Shown one piece after another: positions 14,012 to 24,177 of a stretch of 64,000 nucleotides of DNA. This stretch comes from Calcarisporiella thermophila CBS 279.70. Lineage: Eukaryota; Fungi; Calcarisporiellomycota. The translations under genes were made by a program, and so were the position numbers. How positions within the stretch are numbered: the first letter of the stretch is position 1; each line of letters begins with the position of its first letter. The notes beneath the pieces are model-generated. The model worked only from the letters and a program-made list of their open reading frames with translations. It was not told where the DNA came from and did not search any database. The DNA is taken from the NCBI RefSeq assembly GCF_041956535.1, contig NW_027192193.1:1312678-1376677 (forward strand), given 5' to 3'.

Positions 14012-14121
14012 AAAATAGACGCTAGTTGTATTAATTTAGACTCCTACAAAATCGATTCGAACAGCAACTTAATTCACTGCGAAACTTCGACCTTTCTCTC
14101 TAAATTCGTAAAGAGCGAGAA

Positions 14122-15637
14122 ATGTCACTTGCAGTAGGAAACACCCCGCTAATTGCGCTCAATTTCGAAACAGAAAGTTCCATCGAAATTCTCGCTAAAC
14201 TTGAATACCAAAATCCGAGCGGCAGCATCAAAGATCGCATTGCACGATGGGTATTAAATGGTAGATTAAACATTTAATCATCACTCTCTATCTTATCTAA
14301 TCTGGATATATATACTATTGATTGGTCTAGATCTTCATGCTAAAGGAAAACTCTCCCCTGATGCTACGTACATCATATCAACTAATGGAAATTTCGGCAT
14401 CAGTGTTACTCTTCAACTTTCCCGACTTCTTCGCCCTGCGAATAAACACAAGGTGATTTGCGTTGTCCCCGAGCGCACAAGCACCGATGCAGTTCGCATT
14501 CTGAAAACGCTTGGGGTTGAGATAGTACGTACTCCCAATGAAGCTCGACCAGATGCTAATGAGGGAAGTGCCGCAGTCGCCTATCGACTTGCCCAGCAAT
14601 TCAGAAATGTCGTAGTCTTGGATGAGAATAAATGTTGTGGCTTTGTGGAAGCATATAAGCAACTTGCCGACGAGATATACGAGCAATGCGATGGGAAGCT
14701 TGACAAATTGTATGTTGGCGTGAGCACTGGTGGAACAATATCGGGCCTAGCTACCCTCCTTAAGGAAAAAATCCCAGATTTGCAGGTCGTTGGTGTCGAA
14801 CCTGCTGGATCCAAGATTGGTGAGAACGGCGGCTCCAGTTCCCAGCAACAATTCCACGGAGGTGCCCCAATATCTAACTGGAAGGTCGAGGACATCGGGT
14901 CGCTTTTCGAACCCCCTTGTCTGCGACGAGAGGTGGTGGACACATGGGTCAAGGTCTCTGACAAAGACGCTTATTCTATGGCTCGAAGACTTATCCGAGA
15001 GGAGGGACTCCTTGCTGGCCCTTCTTCTGGTGCTGTTGTGAGCGCTGCTCTCAACTCCACCCAGCAATCTGCGTCTCGCGTTGTCGTGGTTTTTAACGAT
15101 AGCGCAAGAAATTATACCGGAACGCTGCTCTCTGATGAATGGATGCTTTCTGAAGACTTAATGGCGGAGTCAATGGCCCGCACGATTGCCTATCTTGAAA
15201 GTGAAAGGTATCGTGCTGCGAGTGTCGAGGATCTCCAGCTCCCTCCTGCGGTCACAGTTTCTCCTACCTCAACCCTGGCACACGCGCATGACACCATGAT
15301 GGAAAGAGAGTTCTCGCAGCTGCCGGTGCTCGACGCCGATCGCAAACTTGTTGGCTACATATCGCTCGATACCATTGCAACACATTTGAGCGATGGGAGC
15401 GCCAGTCCCACTGACGAAGTCTCGAAATGGATGATTTCGTTCCACAAGCGAGGGCGTGGAGGACAAAAACGGGAATATACGGTCATCACTCCTGATACGC
15501 CTCTATCGCAACTTGCCAAATTCCTGGAGCATCATTCATTTGCGGTGGTGACCGATTCCTACGATGTAAGATGGTGTCTGGGGATAGTAACCAAATTTGA
15601 CCTGTTGACCTTTTTGAATCGGCGCGGAGGAATGTAG
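14122..15637 (+). CDS. Cystathionine beta-synthase-like protein (fold-type II PLP domain plus tandem CBS domains), divergent
   Basis: Exon 1 reads VGNTPLI...AKLEYQNPSGSIKDRIA; one intron (~14261-14330); GVSTGGT; MARRLIREEGLLAGPSSG; C-terminal Bateman module (FSQLPV, GIVTKFDLLTFL). Confidence 0.88.
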
Positions 15638-16067
15638 AACTAGAGGTTCTTGGGGGCTCATGTGAATACAAAAATTATAATAAAATGGAACAAGCATATA
15701 TATATATTTTTCAAACTGAGGAAACTTGAAGAGCATAAATGATTGAATTAGAAAGAGAAAAAGTGAATAGGAATATAAAGCCTATCCTTTTCATGAAATA
15801 TATGTAATATATGTAAGAAGAAAAGGGGGAAGAGAAATAAAACACATCAAAGTAATGGGTAAAAGTCCGACTGTACAGATATAGATTATATATTCAGCAC
15901 TTTAAAATGGTAAAGAGTCGTTGGCTTTAGGAAAATAATAAAAAAGGGGGAAAATACAGGCAGCTATAATAAAACAATGATAGAAAAATGAAAGCAAAAG
16001 CAAAATGAATGAGAAGATTATTATAGTTCCAGAGTGATTGATAGGCTAAATTTTTGGATACTATTTA

Positions 16068-18613
16068 TCAGGTAGGTAGGTGTGAGATATCTCCCGCATT
16101 GAACAATAATGTTTCCAGCCAGTAGAGCACCACATTTGCTGCACGCCGGTCGGGTCCACCATCGTAAGCAAATGCGCCATACGCGCCCCCCGGCATTCCC
16201 GAATGGCCACCATTCGCATCTATCAAGTAAGCAGAGGTGACCACCCCGCAGAGATAAGCTGCGAGCCCATAGAGGGCAAAGAGCGTCGTGTTGCTCACAA
16301 GTTCCTGGCGCATACGAATAAAGAGTGGGGGCGCACGAAGTTTTGCGGGTGTCGACAAGATTTGTTGTCGGAGGGTAGGATTGTTTTTCTGGTCAGGGGT
16401 CTGTAGGGTGAAGAGAATTGAGATGGAAAATTTAGCATTTTCGTTAAAAACCAAAGTAGGCTACGAATATACATTAGCACTGGCAGTTATCCTTCCCCTT
16501 CGTAGGCGCAAACTTTGTATGCCCTTCTTGACCAGCTCAACACTGCCACCCATGGTGGAAAGGCGTCTTCTAGACTCTTTGCCCTGTGTCTCAACCAAAC
16601 CCTGCAAGAGTGCTGCTTGAAGATCTAATTCTCTCGCCAACATTTGATATTGAGCATCAAAAGCCGCTCGACTTCTGCTAGATTGCACAGAAACATCGCG
16701 ATGAGAAGAGCCTGGCTCACTCATGATGGTGACCTCTCCTGCATCTCCATCAGTGAGATTTCTGCGGGCCAAATTGGAAATATCGCTACTATCATCACAC
16801 TGAACCCCTATATCGACGGTCTCCTTTGGTATCGGCCCACCTTTCGCATGTATTTCACGTTGCAGGCGCTGGATTTCGTCGTGGAGGGAACGTCTCTCGG
16901 CTTGTGCGTGGGTTCGGAGGTCCGCGAAGTGAGCATTTACTATTTTATCCATTGGTTAGTTGTGGTACTAACATGCAAACAAAGTGTACATACAGATATC
17001 GCTATTTTCTTTCGCGATCGGCACCGAGTTATCTCTTGTTGTTTCTATCTCATGTATCTCTTGATCCTAATATAATAAAAAATATTATATCCATTGGTAT
17101 AATAAAAATCCAGAAAGTTTATGAAAATACCTGTGGGGGAACTATAGTTTCCATATCATTGATATCTGGAACCCCGATGTTAGCTTCATCCGCAAGAGTT
17201 TTCACTGTATTTCCTTGCATTCCTCTGCCACTAACAGTGAGCTCTTTAAGATCCATCTGTAACTGGTCGATCATATGACGCAATCGACTATTTTCTTCCT
17301 TCTGCTGTTGTAACTCTTTGTCATATTCCTCGAGCGCTTGAACTTCATTTTCCATCGCATATAGCTCCTGCTCCATCTTTTGCTTTTCAGCGGTCCAGCG
17401 TTTCTGCTCCGACGCGAATCCGGCAATGGCAGATTCAGCATTATTCAGCTCTTCTTCTTTCTGGCGGAGAATGTCTTGTAGTTTTTCAGCCTCATCTAAT
17501 TTATTTTATATAAAAACATTTAATAAAATTAGATTTCAAAATATAAGATAAACCCATACCGCATTTCTCTTCATATAGAGCTTTTAGCTGAAAATAATTT
17601 TCTCTTTGAGACTCGATTTGATCTTGTAGTGATGATATATCATTTTCCAACTAAAAAAGGTAGAAATTTAGAAAGGTGGAGCAAGTATACATAAAATATT
17701 ATTATTAAGTTATTTACCGCTGAAATTTCCTGAGTGTTGACTTTTTCTTTACTCTTAAACTCTTTTACTTCTCGTTTTTTTGCCGCTAGCTCCGCCTTGA
17801 GTTCATCGCGCTTCCGCTCTAATTTACCGATCTTTTCCTCGTGGTGTCTCACGACTATAGCCATCCTGCGCTCCTTTTCTTTAGCGAGACGTACCATATC
17901 CGAACGAATACGATTCATCTCTACAAGATGGTCGGTCGCATCATCTTCCAAGCCTTCTTTTTTATCACCGAAGATCTCAAAACTTGCTCCAATCCCTTCA
18001 AAACTTAGATCCTGCACGTTGGGATCTGCAGTTGTCATTTCCGGTCGGTAAGAAGGGGAAGTAGGGTGGATTTCAAGTGAATGATTAGGCGATCGTGGGG
18101 AGGAAGGAAAATAATTATCGTTGTCACTCTTAACAACAAAACAGCATTAGTATAGCTATTTTCAAATAAGCTAGTACATAAGCACTTGCAAGTTACCTGC
18201 ATTGATGTATTTGCAATGTTTTCCTCCCAGCTCTCATCATAGTGATTTGAAGGTTTTGATGGTCTCCGTGTCCGAGCACCGGTATGGATAATAGGAGCTG
18301 TCCTTTTTCTCTCAGAGAATATCGATTCTTGTGGCAAATCTTGGTTGATAGGAGCAGATGCCGCAGGAGAGGCGGAGGATACTTCGTGTAAACTAACAAT
18401 CACTTGTACAAGATCATCCACAGTTACTTCGAGCTCTGGATTCATTGTAGCGAAAGAATGAATAATGTCTTTGAGATCGTCGGTGAATATAATGACATTC
18501 TGCTTTAGTTCATATCGCTCCACAAGCGGCAAAAAGTCGCGCATCACGATACGACCACGCCGTTGTGTGTCGAATTCGTTGAATATTGTGTGTATTTGCT
18601 CGCGTATTGTCAT
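16068..18613 (-). CDS. KASH-like outer nuclear membrane protein (N-terminal EF-hand-like region, coiled coil, C-terminal TM and short luminal tail)
   Basis: N-terminal IFNEFDTQRRGRIVMRDF (EF-hand-like); long coiled-coil exons; hydrophobic LFALYGLAAYLCGVVTSAYLI; ends LETLLFNAGDISHLPT-stop. Confidence 0.65.
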
Positions 18614-19087
18614 CAGTTTAAATCTACGCGTTATGGAGGAAGAAGAGTGAGCAATGAAAAGAGCTGGAGCATAATAGCAAAATAAATTTATATTAACGCG
18701 TTCTACCTTTTTCACTTTCTATAATTAAAACAATTGAGGAAATAAAAATAAAAACTATTTCTCCCTCCTCTTCCAGTAGGATAGTGCTCCAGCTAGGAAC
18801 AGTAACAATTAAAGATGAATCGTGTTATTAAAAGCGGGAGAGGGATGATGGAATCGCTGTTTTTGTGTGTGTATTATTGTTGGGGGATTTGATTAAGTTT
18901 AGGCGAAGGAACACGTTCCTCGTGACGTTCATTTGGGGTCGTTGCATCACCACCCCATTTTCACTTAAAACAACTAAAATTACTACCAGCAGAATTGCTC
19001 TATATTGTTTGACTCTAATAGTCTACAGTACCATCTAGATACTGGTTTGATTCCCTGTTGTGTTTATTATACACCAATTCGTCTCTT

Positions 19088-19953
19088 CTAATTATCCTTC
19101 AACTCTCCACACTCAACAATTTCCACTTTGGCAGTGGGGCGTCCTTGAGGCGTGCCAACTTGCTCAATTTTCTTCAACACGTCTTGGCCCTCTGAGAGCT
19201 GTCCGAAGACGACATGATTTCCGTCCAGCCAAGGGGTCTCTTTGAACGTGATGAAAAACTGGCATAAAAAAAACAAAAATATAACGTTCAGAGCTACGTA
19301 TTAAATCAAATTTTCATTTAAACAATAGAAAAAGGATACATACCTGACTACCATTTGTGTTCTGTGCGAGGAAAATATAATGGTTAGAATCGCATTAATA
19401 GCCACATTTAGATTCCTAGTATACCAAATTACCTTTCCAGCATTTGCCATAGAGAGAACGCCTACGCCGTTATGCTTGAATTTGAAATTTTCACTAGAAG
19501 GGGATATTTCTATCAGTTTTAAAGAAGTTGCCCCGAGTATTAATTGCTCTTACTCTTCAAACTTTGCACCATAGATACTTTCACCCCCAATTCCACTTGC
19601 ATGGGTGAAATCTAATAGTAAACATAATTAGTCACTTGCCTTGCCTATTAAATGTATTGTGGCTATTCTAACCTCCTCCCTGAGCCATGAACCCTGGGAT
19701 GATCCGATGAAAAATGCTATTTTTGAAGTGAAGTGGCTTCCCTGACAATCCAACACCCTAACGTTAAATACACTACGCGTGAAATCTTTGTTTTTTTTAC
19801 ATACTCAAATAAATGCATTACCTTCTCTCCAGTGCACAGCGCTCTGAAGTTCTCGCTGGTCTTTGGAGTCTCATTAAAGAGCTTGAACACCATACGGCCG
19901 GCATTCTTGCCGCTAATGGCAACGTCAAAGAAAACTTTACGAGCAGCCGCCAT
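19088..19953 (-). CDS. Cyclophilin-type peptidyl-prolyl isomerase, 6 exons
   Basis: [40 protein letters not shown]|NTNGSQ|[15 protein letters not shown]. Includes an 18-nt exon at 19344-19361. Confidence 0.96.
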
Positions 19954-20191
19954 TCTTTAGATAATAATTGAAATGTATGTATACCCAGGGTAAAGCTGTT
20001 CATTATTTTGCTTGCCTCGGTGCTGCGCCACATATTGTATACTACTTTATTTTGTGGTTTCACCTTGGGAAAAAATATTCATGATGAAGATGGAGAAATA
20101 ATGATTCTTTTCACAAATAAGAGGGTTTATATTTGTCTTTATAAGGAAGAGACATAGTGGAGGTTCAATAAAAAAGTGAAAGAAAAAAAAT

Positions 20192-21138
20192 TTACGCCTC
20201 AGTCTTGGCCTCAGCAGGAGCAACGTTGAGAGCACGCTTCTCAGCAATACGCTTGGCGCGACGCTCACGTGCGGCCTTTGTCCTTGCACGAACAGCCTCA
20301 GCTTGCTCACTAGAGTAGCGAAGTAAAATGAAAAAAAAAACAGTAAGGAACAAGCCATGAAAGAGTGGTAAGCTAACAACTGATACGTACGCAATAGCAC
20401 GGGCACGGTTCTTCTCAGCCTTAGCCTTGTGGATGTACTCCATCAACACACGTTTGTTCTTGAACACGTTACCCTTGGACTTCATGTAGAGCTGGTGGTA
20501 CCTGTAATTGTAAGAAAGAGCATATTAGCCGGAATATGATAAGTATAAACAAATGAGGGTATAGCTTACAAGTGCTTATCGATCTTGCCAGACTCACGGT
20601 ATTTACGGAGCAGACGACGCAAAACACGCTGACGACGCATCCAGAGAACCTGGGTAGGCATACGTGCGTCGGCAGTACCCTTACGCTTACCGTAGCCAGT
20701 GTGGCGACCCTTGCGCTTGGCAGCGTGTGTCTCGCGCACACGGGAGCGGGAGTGCATAACTTGGGGCTTGCGAATGATAAGACCATCCTTGACGAGCTTG
20801 CGAATGTTCTGGCCTATTGATGGTTAATGCAGGGTAAATGTACATATTTTGCTTTGAAAATAAAAAATGCAGTGATACATACGGGAGTTGGCATTGGCGA
20901 TCTCAGTGGCCTCGTTGGGATCGAGCCAAACCTTCCGTTTGCCACACTTGAGCACAGAGGCGGCCAGGCGCTTTTGCGTCGTCAGATTCACCCTGGAATG
21001 AAGAAGGCATCAGTAAACAAAACTAATCATCAGATTACAATCGCCCATCTGATTGTATCCGCAGCGCTTGCGAAAAAGGCACATATGTGGCAAGGAGAAC
21101 GGCAGCGGAAAGTGTGCTCGTATTTGAAAGACTTACAT
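20192..21138 (-). CDS. RPL19: 60S ribosomal protein eL19
   Basis: [68 protein letters not shown]. Intron 1 (20993-21136) splits the start codon AT|G. Confidence 0.97.
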
Positions 21139-21209
21139 TGTTGATTAGTCTCTAAATCCTCCAAATAACACTAGGGGGGTTCAACCGAGACGCGGGGGGA
21201 AGAAGGAAA

Positions 21210-21223
21210 CAAAAAATTTTTCG
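21210..21223 (-). promoter_or_regulatory. RRPE-like AAAAATTTT element upstream of RPL19
   Basis: cgaaaaattttttg on the minus strand, ~75 bp upstream of the RPL19 start. Similarity to the yeast RRPE is by eye only. Confidence 0.3.
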
Positions 21224-21783
21224 AATTGTTTGTGGTTTTAATGTCATGCTTTCGTCACTTAGAAATTCATAAACCTACAGATTTCAGATACTTCAGAAGT
21301 CACAAAAAACTGTTGAGAAGACCGGACTCGTACTCCACGACTTTTTTTCCACCTGCGAACATACTGAACCAAGTCGCAAACACGCGTTTTTGTTTGAAAA
21401 AAACCTCTTTGTCTCCGGTCGTTTTCACCTCCTTCACCTCTATTCTGCCCTGTTCCTCGACTCATCTCTAAGTCGCCACAATTGGAACTCTTCTACTTCG
21501 TCTCCGCTGCTTGCGCCCTTTTTTCTCGAATGAACTTGGCCGAAGAAAAGAGGGAATCCTCAAACCTCCCCGTTCTCTCCTAGTTTTTCGTTCTGGGCCC
21601 CATATCCTCCTGTTTGCTAACAAGAACACTCTTATTAATCTTTCACACTCACCTCAATTTCAATTTCGAGGCGCGGAAAACTTTCCTTGGAGCAGTTTCT
21701 CCATCTCCTGCATTTCATCTCCTCCAACTTCTCCATTCGTAAACAGGCTTCTTTCCTGGTAGCTTTTTCCAATTCAGTTGCTC

Positions 21784-23694
21784 ATGTGTAAGTTTAAATG
21801 TCATTTGTAATGTTTAATTGCAGCCAAAGCTTCATCATGTAAATCATGTGAATTGTGGGCGCGAACCTTTTTTTAGAAATCTTCTTTAATAATTCTGATA
21901 TCTGCTCCTCTAGTAGCACAGCGTCGCAGTCATCGCAATTCGCAAGGTGTACGACACAATGGTCGTTCATCTGAATACCGCTCGGCTGGGGATTCTCGTG
22001 AAGATTTTCAGCAATCAGCAGATGCTGCAATTGTAGAACCCGAAACTGTAGAGGAGGAAGACAGCGATGATGGTGGGCAGACACGTTGTGTATGTGGGGA
22101 AGCACGTGAGTGATTGGTTGTGCTGCCATGCATTTGACTATATGCGTGAATTGACTTTTGTGAGCGTAATGTAGACCACGATGGTATAATGATTCAGTGC
22201 GAGGAATGCAAGGTATGGCAGCACTGCATTTGCGTTGGTATCGTGTCAGAGAAAGGGATTCCCGACCTATACTACTGCGAAGTGTGTAAGCCGGAAAACC
22301 ACATCATAGTCAAGGTTGGCAACACTGGGTAATGCGGCTTGCGTATATTGCAATGATGCCCTCGACTTGTTTTTCTCACCGATCTCTCTATTGTTAGCCG
22401 CAAGCGGCACACATATAAAGATGGCAAGCACCAGAAGTCGCCAGGAACCAAGCGCAGCTCTTTGAACGGCAAAGGCACGCCCTCTTCTAACCAGGAAACA
22501 GAAGCTCCCAAGTCCAGCACCTCTCCACCCCCTATTGGTCGCACAAGTAAGCGGAGAAAGAAATCGAGCTCCGAGGAGAATCTCAATGATAGACCCGAGA
22601 GGGATATCCTGGACACCAAAAAAGACGGTCTCGCTTCTGCAAAGCAAAACAAAAGAACGGCGCCAAAGTATGCCGAGTCTGACCGGCGGAAGCGCCCTCG
22701 TTCGCCTGAGTCGCCAGCACAATCGTCGGTAAACGATGCGGCTACAAACGACGACGAAACAAGGTCGGCAACCGACGCGAGTCCAAAAGAGCAGAGCGAG
22801 TTGGAGGAGAATCCTCCAACGAAACGCAAGCGCCGCACTTTGGATAGAGATAGCGTGCGATCGTACTCGGGTGCTTCGCCGGCGGACACAGAGGAACCCT
22901 ACGCCCTTGAGAAGGAAGAACGGCCTTCATCAGAGTCCCATTTGAACGGAGATAAGTATCCTTTGAGGGCTACAGGAGAAGAACAGATGAATACGCGACA
23001 CTCTGCAACCAAGAATAAAAAAGGGAGCAACCATAAGCGTCCCACCAATAGCAAACGGTCGAATCCCTCGCGCACCGCCACTCCTCAACCCGATACAACC
23101 CCGCAACTTCGATCCGCCTCACCTCCTGCCAAAGTGCGATACCCGTCGGAAAAGATGTCGTTAGACGACATGAATAAACGCGCTACATTAATCCTCGGCT
23201 ATCTCTCCAACCTTCGAATGGAGAGAGCAAAAGGCCAGCAGACCAAATTTCCCACCTGTCCTGGCGACATTAATGGAGCTGCGAACGAGAGAGCTAAGGA
23301 AAACGCTGAGGCTGAGAGAATGAGAACAAGACGACGGCCGGGAGACTCCAGCAATGGATCCACAACTACCCTCAACGACTCAGATTTGCAAGCGGACTCC
23401 AAGCGGCTGTCCCCTTCTGCGCACTCTTCTTCTTCGACTATGTCATCCACGAGATCCACCTCCAAACATACAAATGAGGAACAGGCTACATCCGAGGAGG
23501 AGCCGAGTATAATTGATATGCTGGATGAGTTGACGCAGCAGCTAGTAATGTTTCAAAAGCGATTTGGACACCCAAAAGAGACTGGGCACCATCACTTCAC
23601 ACGATTTTCTGAGATTGCGAACGGAAACATAAATAAACTAAAGCAGACAAGACACCCTTCGCAAACTTCGAAGCCATCGAATCGCGGGCGATAA
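21784..23694 (+). CDS. CTI6: PHD-finger protein, Cti6-like (Rpd3L histone deacetylase complex subunit)
   Basis: PHD finger TRCVCG...MIQCEECKVWQHCICVG...YYCEVCKPENH. Cti6-like C-terminal blocks MSLDDMNKRATLILGYLS and MLDELTQQLVMFQKRFG. The first exon is approximate. Confidence 0.78.
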
Positions 23695-23988
23695 GAAGCA
23701 CACGCAGCCATGAATCGCAAACGGCTGAGAGATCAATGCATATACCATTATTTTATATGTCTATACGTTTATAACCCTCATATCCTTATTATTTCCAAAA
23801 AAACACCACCCCTCAAATGGTTTCCTATTTTGCTTTTCTATTTCATATATATACGTTTTACTCTTGCTTCTCTCCATAATCTTTTCGATTGTACATTTTT
23901 TTTTCTTCTTCCTCATTTATCTAATAATAGCAAGGATTACGTGGCGTGATCCAACCGTGCACATAACCTAACCTATGGTTAGCAAATC

Positions 23989-24046
23989 AACGCGAAATGT
24001 TAGAAATCGCGTAAAATTTAAATTCGTTCTCGTTCGCGCTCGCGTG
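23989..24046. promoter_or_regulatory. Cluster of four CGCG (MCB/SCB/E2F-like) G1/S elements in the RNR1 promoter
   Basis: aacgcgaaa, tcgcgtaaa and ttcgcgctcgcgtg within ~60 bp, 130-190 bp upstream of the RNR1 ATG in AT-rich sequence. Confidence 0.65.
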
Positions 24047-24177
24047 TTTTTTTCTTGCTCTTCATTCTCGCCCATTCTATCCTCGTCTTCTCTTCATTAC
24101 AATTCCATACACGATTCTACATTATCATTATCCCTTTCATAAAAAAGACCTAAGCAACATATATAGCCACGATAATC

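Noticed and set aside
19954-20063. Upstream mitochondrial-targeting exon for cyclophilin
   Set aside because: The candidate donor and acceptor phases do not join in frame with the cyclophilin ATG.
20993-21136. C/D snoRNA in RPL19 intron 1
   Set aside because: The TGATGA and CTGA boxes are under 20 nt apart, too close for a snoRNA.
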